Shown here: in pieces, positions 17,378-26,310 of the stretch | Layout of the letters: each line of letters opens with the position of its first letter | How positions within the stretch are numbered: the first letter of the stretch is position 1 | From: Caproiciproducens sp. | GTDB taxonomy: Bacteria > Bacillota > Clostridia > Oscillospirales > Acutalibacteraceae | Length of the DNA: 42,621 nucleotides | Reading direction: 5' to 3' | Assembly: GCA_032090075.1 (NCBI GenBank) | Contig: DAMDEB010000005.1 | Coordinates: 1-42,621, forward strand | The notes under the pieces: model-generated | What the model saw: only the letters and a program-made list of their open reading frames with translations | Databases searched by the model: none | Told to the model about the DNA's origin: nothing | Translations under genes and position numbers: made by a program

Positions 17378-18322
17378 ATGGGTGTGTATGTGCATTTTAC
17401 GGATGAACAGAAATACCGTGCCAACAATGTGGAGCTGGCAGACTTTCTCCAGCGGCGCGGGGAAAAGCTCCTGCCCAGCGGACGGGATAAGCGGCTGGCC
17501 TCCGACCACAGCATCACCGTCCGGGGAAACGAGTGGTACGACCACTCCGCAGAGAGCGGCGGCTATGCCATTGATTTCGTGCGGAAGTTCTACGGCTGCT
17601 CTTACCCCGAAGCCGTGACCCTGCTGCTGGGCGGTGAGCAGAGCGAGATCTACAGACCGGCGCAGGCAAAGAAAGAGGAACCGAAAAAGCCCTTTGCGCT
17701 CCCACCGGCCCACACGGATATGCGCCGTGTCTATGCCTATCTGGTAAAAACCCGGCGCATCGGCCGGGAGGTGGTCAGCTTCTTTGCAAAGCAGAAACTT
17801 CTCTACGAAAGCTGCGAAAAATCTCAGGATGGGACAAAGGAATACCACAACGCGGTGTTTGTGGGCTTGGATGAAAACGGTGTTGCCCGCCATGCCCACA
17901 AGCGCGGAATTTACACCTTGGGGCAGGCGTACAAAGGGAATGTAGACGGTTGCAATCCCCGCCACAGCTTTCACTGGCTTGGCGAAAGTGAGCATCTGTA
18001 TGTTTTTGAAGCGCCGGTGGATCTACTATCGTTTATCACCCTGCATCCGCAGGACTGGCAGCGGCACAGCTATGTGTCCCTCTGCGGTATCGGCGGTCAG
18101 GCGATGGTGTGGATGCTGGAGCAGTATCCGCATCTCCGACAAGTGTCGCTATGTCTGGACAACGATGAAGCCGGGCACAAGGCCAGCGAGCGGCTGAACC
18201 AGCAGCTTGCGGAACAGGGCTATGAATCGAAGCGACTCATGTCTCAAGGGAAGGACTGGAATGATGATTTAACGGAAGCGGTGCAACAAATGCAGAGCGG
18301 TTTTGAAATGCGGATGGCTTAG
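17378..18322 (+). CDS. DUF3991 + Toprim domain protein (primase-like)
   Basis: VFEAPVDLLS, CLDNDEAG and KDWNDDL Toprim motifs; RBS aggagg. Confidence 0.88.
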   Translation: MGVYVHFTDEQKYRANNVELADFLQRRGEKLLPSGRDKRLASDHSITVRGNEWYDHSAESGGYAIDFVRKFYGCSYPEAVTLLLGGEQSEIYRPAQAKKEEPKKPFALPPAHTDMRRVYAYLVKTRRIGREVVSFFAKQKLLYESCEKSQDGTKEYHNAVFVGLDENGVARHAHKRGIYTLGQAYKGNVDGCNPRHSFHWLGESEHLYVFEAPVDLLSFITLHPQDWQRHSYVSLCGIGGQAMVWMLEQYPHLRQVSLCLDNDEAGHKASERLNQQLAEQGYESKRLMSQGKDWNDDLTEAVQQMQSGFEMRMA

Positions 18323-18354
18323 AAAAAAGGCAGTTCTAAATGGCACTGCCTAAA

Positions 18355-18900
18355 CTATTTTTTCCCGTTTTCATCTTCCGTTATTTCCTCCAGTATCTCG
18401 GAGCAGAGCCCGACGCACTCATTGCAGATTGCTTCATGGGTACCGGCAATGATGCGTTCAACCTCCTGCTGACCCTTGCCGCAGAAGCTGCAGTGAATAT
18501 CCTCGCCATGCTCTTCATACCGGGCGTCATCATATTTTTTGATACGCTCTATTTGTCGTTTCAGCGGCCTTATGTCCTGCAGAAGCGACCACACGCAATC
18601 ATAATGCACCACGCAGTTCTGGTCAAAGTATTCCGCTTCCAGCCACGGAAATTTTTCCAACCGCATCTTGTAGCGGCTTGCCATTGTTGAGAATCCAACC
18701 TTTTTAATGGTGCGCTGGAAAAGAATAAATTTCAGCAGCAGCGCATCCCGAAGCGTTTCATCCGCCAGCATTGACTCATAGCTTTCGATGCTGCCTTGAG
18801 CCGCACATTTTTGAATGGAGGATAGCTGCTCCGTGAGCTGTTTATAGAGAAACAGATGATAATCCAATTTGCTGTCAAGCAGTAATAATTCCTTGTCCAT
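18355..18900 (-). CDS. Protein with a C-terminal ClpX-type C4 zinc finger and an unrecognised N-terminal domain
   Basis: CSFCGK...V.RIIAG....ICNECV.LC motif; RBS agggga; opposite strand to the operon. Confidence 0.8.
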   Translation of the reverse strand: MDKELLLLDSKLDYHLFLYKQLTEQLSSIQKCAAQGSIESYESMLADETLRDALLLKFILFQRTIKKVGFSTMASRYKMRLEKFPWLEAEYFDQNCVVHYDCVWSLLQDIRPLKRQIERIKKYDDARYEEHGEDIHCSFCGKGQQEVERIIAGTHEAICNECVGLCSEILEEITEDENGKK

Positions 18901-18980
18901 TATATGTCCCCTTTATCGATAAACATGGTTTTTATGGATTTATTTTACCACTAAATTGACTGTGAAGAAAGGAGTTTCCC

Positions 18981-20804
18981 ATGCAATCCCAAGTCTACAT
19001 CTTAATCGCAGCGGCCGCCGTGATGTTTCTCATCATCGGCGGCCTTTCTCTTTTGGCTCATTATTACACACTCAATGGGATCAAATCCCGCACAGTGGGC
19101 GACGGCCAACATGGAACGGCGCGCTTTGCCACCAAGCAGGAAATCAAAAGCATTTACAAACACATTCCCTTTCAGGCGGAGCTGTGGCGGAAGGGTCAAT
19201 GCCTCCCTGCCACAGATGAGCAGGGTATCATCCTCGGCAGCATGGGAGCAAAGAACAAGGTCACGGCGCTGGTGGATACCGACGATGTTCACTGCCTCAT
19301 GATCGGCGCATCCGGCGTGGGTAAGACAGCGTTTTTCCTGTACCCCAATCTGGAATATGCCTGCGCCAGCGGCATGAGCTTTCTGACCACCGACACCAAG
19401 GGGGACCTGTTCCGCAACTACGGCGGCATTGCCCGTGACTATTACGGCTACCATGTGGCTGTCATTGACCTTCGAAATCCCACCCGTTCCGACGGCAACA
19501 ATATGCTCCAGCTGGTCAACACCTACATGGATGCCTACCTTGCCGATGAAAACAACCTTGTGGCAAAGGCCAAAGCGGAGAAATACGCAAAAATCATCTC
19601 CAAAACCATCATCAACGCCAGCGGCGAGAACTATGGGCAAAATCAGTTTTTCTATGATGCCGCCGAGGGACTTCTGTCCTCCATCATTCTGCTGGTTGCG
19701 GAATATCTGCCGCCCACCAAAGTAGACGGGAAAAAGGTGGACTGCCGCCATATCATCAGCGTGTTCAAGCTGGTGCAGGATTTGCTGGCCCCCAGTAAGG
19801 TAAAGGGCAAAAGTCAGTTCCAGCTCCTCATGGAAAAGCTGCCGCCCGACCACAAGGCCCGCTGGTTTGCGGGAGCCGCCCTCAATTCCGCGGAACAGGC
19901 CATGGCGTCGGTACTCTCTACCGTGCTGTCCCGCCTGAATGCCTTTCTCGACTCTGAAATGGAGCAGATACTCTGCTTTGATACAGCCATTGATGCGGAG
20001 AAATTCTGCAATGAAAAATCCGCGCTGTTTGTGGTCCTGCCCGAAGAAGATTTGACCAAATATTTTATGGTCAGCTTAATGATTCAGCAGCTCTACCGGG
20101 AAATCCTCGCTGTGGCGGATGAAAACGGCGGTAAGCTGAAAAACCGGGTGATGTTCTACTGTGACGAGCTGGGTACACTGCCTGCCATTGAATCGCTGGA
20201 GCTGATTTTTTCGGCCAGCCGATCCCGCCGTCTTTCCATGATCCCCATTATCCAGTCCTTTGGTCAGCTTGAAAAAAATTACGGCAAGGAGGGTTCGGAA
20301 ATTATCGTGGACAACTGCCAGGATACCATCTTCGGCGGATTCGCGCCAAACAGCCAGACTGCCGAGGTGCTGAGTAAGGCGCTGGGCAGCCGTACCGTTA
20401 TGAGTGGCAGTATCAGCCGTGGCAAAAATGATCCCAGCCAGTCCTTACAGATGATGGAGCGTCCTCTCATGACGCCGGACGAACTGAAATCCATTCCCAA
20501 AGGAAACTTTGTCGTCATGAAAACCGGTACTCATCCCATGAGGACAAGACTGCGGCTGTTTCTGGATTGGGGCATCCGCTTCGGAAAGCCCTATACCGTG
20601 GCGGAAAAGGCGAACCGCAAAGTAGTGTACGCCGACAAGCAGACGCTGGAGGAAAACATCGTCCGCAAGCACACAGCCTGCCTGATGGTGGATGAGGAAA
20701 CCGGGGAGCTCCTTGAACTGCCCACCGGCACCGGAGCACTCCATACACCCGTGGCGGAACCGCCCGCAGAGCCACAGAAGCGGCGCAGCCACCTCAGAAC
20801 GTAA
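18981..20804 (+). CDS. virD4: VirD4/TraG-family type IV coupling protein
   Basis: N-terminal TM, HGTARFA, Walker A GASGVGKT, TDTKG, Walker B FYCDE, RSR and IIQS motifs. Confidence 0.93.
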   Translation: MQSQVYILIAAAAVMFLIIGGLSLLAHYYTLNGIKSRTVGDGQHGTARFATKQEIKSIYKHIPFQAELWRKGQCLPATDEQGIILGSMGAKNKVTALVDTDDVHCLMIGASGVGKTAFFLYPNLEYACASGMSFLTTDTKGDLFRNYGGIARDYYGYHVAVIDLRNPTRSDGNNMLQLVNTYMDAYLADENNLVAKAKAEKYAKIISKTIINASGENYGQNQFFYDAAEGLLSSIILLVAEYLPPTKVDGKKVDCRHIISVFKLVQDLLAPSKVKGKSQFQLLMEKLPPDHKARWFAGAALNSAEQAMASVLSTVLSRLNAFLDSEMEQILCFDTAIDAEKFCNEKSALFVVLPEEDLTKYFMVSLMIQQLYREILAVADENGGKLKNRVMFYCDELGTLPAIESLELIFSASRSRRLSMIPIIQSFGQLEKNYGKEGSEIIVDNCQDTIFGGFAPNSQTAEVLSKALGSRTVMSGSISRGKNDPSQSLQMMERPLMTPDELKSIPKGNFVVMKTGTHPMRTRLRLFLDWGIRFGKPYTVAEKANRKVVYADKQTLEENIVRKHTACLMVDEETGELLELPTGTGALHTPVAEPPAEPQKRRSHLRT

Positions 20805-20819
20805 AGGAGCCGATGAACC

Positions 20820-21086
20820 ATGAGCTACTTTAACCACATTTATTCTGCCCCGCCCGATGAGCTCCCCCATCGGGCGAGGGCGGTTTATATTTACCTCCGT
20901 GACCGTGCGGGAAAAGGTTCGGATTGCTGGCCTGCGGTCAAGACCATAGCCGCCGACTTGCAGCTCTCCCGCAGCACCGTCAAGCGCGCCCTGAATGATT
21001 TGGTGAAGGAAGGGCTTATTGAAAAGGAATCTCGCTACCGGGAGAATGGCAGCAATACCAGCAACCGGCTGATTCTGAAAAAATAG
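20820..21086 (+). CDS. Winged HTH protein (HTH_36-like)
   Basis: VYIYL, CWPAVKTIA, SRSTVKRAL..L...GLI and N..NR motifs. Confidence 0.82.
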   Translation: MSYFNHIYSAPPDELPHRARAVYIYLRDRAGKGSDCWPAVKTIAADLQLSRSTVKRALNDLVKEGLIEKESRYRENGSNTSNRLILKK

Positions 21087-21343
21087 CCCAACTGTAAAAA
21101 AGGCGAAAAGACGGATTTCCCGCCAAGGGGATACTCCGTCTGCGAGCTGAACCGAGGTGCGGTTCATGATGGACCCACCAGAACCTCTCACTCTAAGAAT
21201 ATTTATTACAGAAAAAGAACAAACTCATTGTAGGGTTATAGCATATATAAAAATATGCTATTGCTCGCTATTAAAAAACAACATCGGAGTAATATAATAA
21301 CATATATTCTTGTAGTGTATTGCCCACGGTCGGAGGTGAGAAG

Positions 21344-21673
21344 ATGGATCGAAAGGCACTTGGTATGCGATTGGCCGCCGTGAGAAAAGAGTCCGATTAT
21401 ACCTCGGAAAGACTGGCTCAGGAGTGCGATATCAGCGCCGTATATATCAGGCAGATTGAGGCTGGGAAATATCAGCCCAGCATTTCAACACTGATTAAAT
21501 TCGGGAATGTCCTTCACCGCTCCCTTGATTATTTTGTGCAGGACAGCATAGAGTGGAATGAGCTGAATACACTGACTGGAATTGCTGAAAAGTGTAAGCA
21601 CCTAAATCCTGAACAGATCAAAATGGTGGAGCGGATGATAGACGCAATGTATGAGCCTGAAAAGAAATCCTGA
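21344..21673 (+). CDS. XRE-family HTH transcriptional regulator
   Basis: LGMRL..VRK, TSERLA, YIRQIEAG and PS..TL motifs; RBS ggaggtg. Confidence 0.88.
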   Translation: MDRKALGMRLAAVRKESDYTSERLAQECDISAVYIRQIEAGKYQPSISTLIKFGNVLHRSLDYFVQDSIEWNELNTLTGIAEKCKHLNPEQIKMVERMIDAMYEPEKKS

Positions 21674-21679
21674 CAAGGT

Positions 21680-21713
21680 AGAAAAAGAATCTCAGTGATG
21701 AGGTTCTTTTTTT
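21680..21713 (+). terminator. Intrinsic terminator after the XRE gene
   Basis: aaaaagaatctca/tgaggttcttttt stem. Confidence 0.65.
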
Positions 21714-21807
21714 CTGTTCGATGAAGTGTCGGTTCTTTCCCCTTGCTATTCGTAAGGTTGTAGAATATATTTGTATATGCTATATACCTACAAAAAGCAA
21801 GGAGAAG

Positions 21808-22006
21808 ATGATCATGACAACAAAAGAAAAAACCAAGCTGATTAAACAGGCAGGAAAGCTCTATACCCTGGGATTGACCGTGGAAAAGCGCAGAGAAAAG
21901 CTGCGGCGGTTGGCAGAGAGAAACATACCCTACGATTCGCCGCAGATGGAAGCAGTTAGAACAGGAGCATTTAAAATACAGATCACAGTTTTATGAAAAA
22001 GGATGA
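21808..22006 (+). pseudogene. Small coiled-coil protein gene, probably frameshifted by an internal deletion
   Basis: RBS aaggag; the frame reads ...PYDSPQM, and the +1 frame continues WKQLEQEHLKYRSQFYEKG* from 21947. Confidence 0.5.
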
Positions 22007-22232
22007 TGATCAATTAGTACATTCGCGGAGGTAAAAGGGACAAAGGCAATAGCAGCTTGAACAAAGTAAAGGCCTATGTCTATAGACAGAGCAGCTATAT
22101 GCGCCCCGACAAAACTTGCTCAAAGACAGTGCTGCGATAATCCCGTTTTGCTGCGCCTATCCCGAAGCAAAACTTCTGGACAGATGGTGAAGATTCAAGG
22201 TTTATAAAAAATAACCAAATTTCAAATTATCA

Positions 22233-22290
22233 TTGACAATTGAGTATTGACTCAATTATAATAAGAATATAGTTGAGTCAATACTCAATT
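22233..22290 (+). promoter_or_regulatory. SigA promoter with two CadC/ArsR-type operators
   Basis: TTGACA 22233-22238 and TATAAT 22257-22262; palindromes aattgagtattgactcaatt (22238-22257) and agttgagtcaatactcaatt (22271-22290). Confidence 0.85.
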
Positions 22291-22314
22291 AAGATTTCGA
22301 AGGGAGGGTTATTT

Positions 22315-22671
22315 ATGTCTGTCAGAAGCGATGTTTGCGATTGTGATGTTATACATGAAGAAATCGTAAACGCAGTTAAAATAAAAATGCTTTCAGATGA
22401 CACTTTTAATACTTTGACAAAATTTTTGAAAGTCGTGGGGGATAGCACAAGGGTTAGAATTTTATGGGCATTAGATGCCAATGAAATGTGTGTCTGTGAC
22501 TTAGCTGTTTTGCTTGGCATGACAAAATCTGCTATATCACATCAGTTACGCACATTGAGAAGAGAAAATCTTGTAAAATTCAGGAAAGACGGCAAGATTG
22601 CTTATTATTCTCTCACAGATGATCATGTGAAAATCGTTTTGGAACAAAGCATAAGCCATGTAACAGAATAA
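22315..22671 (+). CDS. cadC: ArsR/SmtB-family metal-responsive repressor (CadC-like)
   Basis: CDCDVIH, D.TRVRIL, EMCVCDLA and SAISHQLR motifs; RBS gggagg. Confidence 0.9.
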   Translation: MSVRSDVCDCDVIHEEIVNAVKIKMLSDDTFNTLTKFLKVVGDSTRVRILWALDANEMCVCDLAVLLGMTKSAISHQLRTLRRENLVKFRKDGKIAYYSLTDDHVKIVLEQSISHVTE

Positions 22672-22697
22672 AATTTAATTACAGGAGGAAAACTACG

Positions 22698-22919
22698 ATG
22701 AAAAAGTCATTCAGATTGGAAGGGTTGGACTGCGCGAACTGCGCGGCGAAAATCGAAAAGGAAGTCAAGGCGTTGGACGGTGTAACGGACGTAACAGTAA
22801 ACGCTATGACGGCTAAGATGGTTCTTGAGGCTGACGACGGGAAAATGGACGAAATTATTAAGACCGCCGAAAAAATCGTCAAGAAGCATGAACCTCATGT
22901 TGTCATGAAAAAGGCGTAA
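22698..22919 (+). CDS. Heavy-metal-associated (HMA) domain protein
   Basis: GLDCANCAAKIE motif; RBS aggagg. Confidence 0.92.
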   Translation: MKKSFRLEGLDCANCAAKIEKEVKALDGVTDVTVNAMTAKMVLEADDGKMDEIIKTAEKIVKKHEPHVVMKKA

Positions 22920-22941
22920 CACTCACGACCAAGCATTTCCG

Positions 22942-22979
22942 GCTTTTGGCATAACGCAACGAGTCGTTATGCCAAAAGC
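22942..22979. repeat. Perfect 15-bp inverted repeat between the HMA gene and cadA
   Basis: gcttttggcataacg/cgttatgccaaaagc with an 8-nt loop and no following T-tract. Confidence 0.8.
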
Positions 22980-23018
22980 AAAGGTATTTCAGAGAACTAA
23001 ATTTTTTTGCATTAACAG

Positions 23019-23035
23019 TTGAGTGCATGCTCAAT
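23019..23035. promoter_or_regulatory. Third CadC-type operator upstream of cadA
   Basis: ttgagtgcatgctcaat matches the TTGAG-N6-CTCAA core of the two upstream sites. Confidence 0.6.
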
Positions 23036-23076
23036 CATGCTCGTCCCCTTATCTAAGGAGGAGAAAGGAGTTCAAC

Positions 23077-24927
23077 ATGAACAAGAAACTTGTAAAAATT
23101 ATCATAGCCGCAGTCATTTTTGCAATCGGGCTGCTGGTTAAAACAGACATCCTTTGGCTTAAACCCGCTATCTTTATTGCCAGCTATATCGTAGTCGGAA
23201 CCGATGTAGTGGTAAAGGCTATCAAGAATATCTTTCAAGGCCAGGTTTTTCAGGAAAGCTTTTTAATGACTGTAGCGACCGTTGGCGCGCTTATTATTGG
23301 GGAATATCCCGAAGCTGTTGCCGTTATGCTGTTTTATCAGGTTGGCGAGTATTTTCAAAGCTATGCCGTTGCTAAGTCCCGGAAGTCTATCGCAAGCCTG
23401 ATGGATATACGCCCCGATTACGCAAATGTGAAAAAGGGCGACGAATTGATCAAGACCGACCCGGACGAGGTGGCGATTGGCGATACTATCGTTGTCCGCG
23501 CAGGTGAAAGAATCCCGTTGGATGGCAAAGTGCTGGACGGCAATTCAATGATCGACACCTCTGCGCTGACCGGAGAATCCGTTCCGCGCGAAGCCGGCGT
23601 CGGCTCGGATGTTTTAAGCGGCTGTATCAATGTGAACGGTGTTCTGACGATTGAGGTCACAAAAGAATTTGGCGAATCGACTGTCAGTAAAATACTTGAC
23701 CTCGTTGAAAACGCCAGCAGCAAAAAGGCAAACACCGAAAACTTCATTACAAAATTTGCGCGGGTTTATACCCCAATCGTTATGGCTGCCGCGCTTCTAA
23801 TTGCGATCATCCCGCCGCTGGTAATATCCGACGCTACCTTTGGCGACTGGATATACAGGGCATTGACATTCTTGGTTGTTTCCTGCCCATGCGCGTTGGT
23901 TGTTTCCATACCGCTCTCCTTCTTTGGCGGCATTGGCGGTGCGTCAAGGCGCGGTGTTCTTGTCAAAGGCAGTAACTATTTGGAAGCATTGGCGCAGACT
24001 GAAATCGTTGTGTTTGACAAAACAGGAACCCTTACAAAAGGTGTGTTCAAGGTTCAAAAGATAAACGCTGTCGGCATTTCCGAAGAAGAATTGCTGGAGC
24101 TTACCGCTTATGTTGAGAGTTATTCCAATCATCCCATTTCGCTCTCGTTGAAAGCGGCCTACGGGAAAGATATCGACAATGAAAAAATTATTGATGTTGA
24201 GGAAATCGCGGGCCACGGCGTCAGCGCAACGGTTCATGGCCGTAAAGTTTTTGCCGGTAACGTCAAGTTAATGCAAAAAATCGGTGTTGAATATTCGCGG
24301 GATGAGATTATAGGAACAACCGTACACGTTGCCATTGACGGTCAATATGCCGGATATATCGTAATTGCCGATGAGGTTAAGGAAGATGCGGCAGAAGCGA
24401 TAAGGCTGCTCAAAAAAGCAAACATCCATCAGACTGTGATGCTGACGGGCGATGCGAAAAGCGTGGGTGAGAAGGTCGGCAAAGAATTAGGGCTGGATAA
24501 GGTCTACACAGAACTGCTTCCCGGAGATAAAGTGGAAAAGGTGGAGGAACTGCTGGCGCAGGCGAAAAAATCGGCAAATGGAAAGCTGGCTTTTGTAGGC
24601 GACGGCATTAACGACGCGCCTGTTTTAGCCCGTGCCGACATAGGCATTGCGATGGGCGGATTGGGTTCCGACGCGGCCATCGAAGCCGCCGACGTCGTAA
24701 TTATGACCGACGAGCCGTCCAAGCTGGCAACAGCAATGAAGATATCTCAGAAGACGCTCCGAATCGCAAAGCAAAACATATGGCTTGCTTTGTCGATAAA
24801 ATCCATTGTGCTTGTACTCAGCGCGGTTGGGATCGCTACTATGTGGGAAGCCGTGTTTGCGGATGTTGGCGTGACGATCATTGCAGTGCTGAACTCCTTC
24901 CGCGCGTTGAATACAAAGAATTTATAA
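23077..24927 (+). CDS. cadA: P1B-type heavy-metal (Cd/Zn/Co) translocating ATPase
   Basis: TGES, SCPCAL, DKTGT, HP, GDGINDAP and ADVG motifs; lacks its own N-terminal HMA domain. Confidence 0.95.
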   Translation: MNKKLVKIIIAAVIFAIGLLVKTDILWLKPAIFIASYIVVGTDVVVKAIKNIFQGQVFQESFLMTVATVGALIIGEYPEAVAVMLFYQVGEYFQSYAVAKSRKSIASLMDIRPDYANVKKGDELIKTDPDEVAIGDTIVVRAGERIPLDGKVLDGNSMIDTSALTGESVPREAGVGSDVLSGCINVNGVLTIEVTKEFGESTVSKILDLVENASSKKANTENFITKFARVYTPIVMAAALLIAIIPPLVISDATFGDWIYRALTFLVVSCPCALVVSIPLSFFGGIGGASRRGVLVKGSNYLEALAQTEIVVFDKTGTLTKGVFKVQKINAVGISEEELLELTAYVESYSNHPISLSLKAAYGKDIDNEKIIDVEEIAGHGVSATVHGRKVFAGNVKLMQKIGVEYSRDEIIGTTVHVAIDGQYAGYIVIADEVKEDAAEAIRLLKKANIHQTVMLTGDAKSVGEKVGKELGLDKVYTELLPGDKVEKVEELLAQAKKSANGKLAFVGDGINDAPVLARADIGIAMGGLGSDAAIEAADVVIMTDEPSKLATAMKISQKTLRIAKQNIWLALSIKSIVLVLSAVGIATMWEAVFADVGVTIIAVLNSFRALNTKNL

Positions 24928-25091
24928 TCAGGACGAAAGCCTGTTAAATGGAGGGCGAGGACAAAACAAAACGGTTCGCTGTCACGCTGGACAGCAGACA
25001 ACAACATACTTTCGCAGCATCCGGCGGGTATTCGTGCAGATGGTAGTGCGCTTGTAGGTGTTTCAGACGCTGATCGCCGAACATCAGTACC

Positions 25092-25280
25092 TGGCGATAT
25101 TACTCCGGCAACAAAGCACTGACGGGCTAGCAGGACATCGGCAGTGAAACCAGCAAAAAACGGTATTACTTTGACGCAAACGCCGTGATGATATCCGGCA
25201 AGTGGCTTCTGAGCGAAGGTAAGTGGTATTAAATCGATAGTTATGAGGTGGATGAAAAAGGCGTAAGAACAACAAAGTAA
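25092..25280 (+). pseudogene. Remnant C-terminus of a cell-wall-binding-repeat surface protein
   Basis: Frame reads WRYYSGNKALTG*QDIG...RYYFDANAVMISGKWLLSEGKWY*IDSYEVDEKGVRTTK*, with two internal stops. Confidence 0.65.
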
Positions 25281-25295
25281 GAACAACAAATAAAT

Positions 25296-25385
25296 AAAGC
25301 CAAGGGCAAACCCGCTGAAAACCGGGGGCGCAAAGCCGAGGGTCTAAGACGTTTTGGAACGTTATGATAGCCTGGCTGCCAAAAA
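25296..25385 (+). ncRNA. Cyclic di-GMP-I (GEMM) riboswitch aptamer
   Basis: GGCAAACCC..GAAA..GGGGCGCAAAGCC..GGGTCTAAG...TATGATAGCC.GGCTGCC matches the class I consensus. Confidence 0.88.
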
Positions 25386-25391
25386 CCGCGC

Positions 25392-25435
25392 AGGGCGTGC
25401 CCTCTCCAACAGAGGGCACGCCCTTGCTCCCTTTT
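25392..25435 (+). terminator. Hairpin immediately downstream of the riboswitch (candidate expression platform)
   Basis: Perfect 14-bp stem agggcgtgccctct/agagggcacgccct with a weak T-tract. Confidence 0.6.
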
Positions 25436-25605
25436 ACGGCTTTTGACGGATTATTTGGATATCGGGATACCGGCTTTCGCCTGCCACGGAAGAAAGAGGT
25501 ATCTCTATGAGTAATAACAGCTACCCTCCCGCACGGAGGTGTAGATAAAGACGGCGCAATCTATCTATTCCTTACTCTACATACACAATTTCATAAGTCT
25601 ACTTT

Positions 25606-25649
25606 AAAAAAGTCAGTATTTTGCCAAGGGCAATCTACTGACTTTTTTT
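25606..25649. terminator. Bidirectional terminator-like hairpin
   Basis: aaaaaagtcagta..ttgcc/ggcaa..tactgacttttttt. Confidence 0.65.
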
Positions 25650-25800
25650 ATTCGACAAGAAAACCGCTACAGCGACGTGAATTTACAGAATTTAACAATC
25701 TGTTTTTATATATAACAGCTATCGTTCCACGCTGCCGTTCCCCTCCGCTTCTGACATTTTGACTCACCATCAAAATTTCAGAAAACGGAGGACAAGCCAT

Positions 25801-26220
25801 ATGGCAGAGAAAAAAGAGTATCGAATCAAGGTGCAGGGTCAGCTTGTACCGGTTAGTGAAGAAGTCTATTTTACCTATCACCGCATGAAGCGTCGTGAAA
25901 CCTATCTGGAGGAAAGGGATACGGCAAACGGCGTCTTTTATTACAGTGCCATGGATACGGCGGAAACTACAGGTGAGGATGGGATTCCGGACCTTGTCTC
26001 TCCCCGTGTGGAGGATGTGGTCATGGACAAGCTCATAACGGAAGAGCTCCACAGGTGCCTCGCACAGCTTTCTAAGGAGGAACAGGCTTTAATCTTTGCC
26101 CTGTACTTTCAAGGAAAATCTCAGTCGGAATTGGAGCGGGAAACCGGTATCAAGCAACAAACTATCAGCTACCGTGAACGACAGATTCGGCTGAAGCTCA
26201 AAAAAATGATAGAAAAGTAA
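25801..26220 (+). CDS. Sigma-70 region-4-type DNA-binding protein (Tn916 Orf7-like ICE regulator)
   Basis: V.VSEEVY, L..L...EQ.LI.ALYFQGKSQ.EL....GI.QQTI..R motif; RBS ggagg. Confidence 0.85.
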   Translation: MAEKKEYRIKVQGQLVPVSEEVYFTYHRMKRRETYLEERDTANGVFYYSAMDTAETTGEDGIPDLVSPRVEDVVMDKLITEELHRCLAQLSKEEQALIFALYFQGKSQSELERETGIKQQTISYRERQIRLKLKKMIEK

Positions 26221-26235
26221 AAATATTTTTTGTAG

Positions 26236-26274
26236 ACCCCCTCACGAAATCGGCTTAGTAGTGAGGGGGTTTTT
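26236..26274 (+). terminator. Hairpin with T-tract after the sigma gene
   Basis: accccctcac/gtgagggggt 10-bp stem. Confidence 0.55.
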
Positions 26275-26310
26275 CTATTCACCCTCATTGCTCTTTGAAA
26301 ATTTCATATC

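Noticed and set aside
18340..18690. 116-aa plus-strand ORF
   Set aside because: It is antisense to the ClpX zinc-finger gene, which has the motif and the RBS; its [13 protein letters not shown] text is simply the antisense reading of the finger.
22015..22140. Possible tyrosine-integrase remnant (IRGGK-like translation)
   Set aside because: Too short and degenerate to support without a search.
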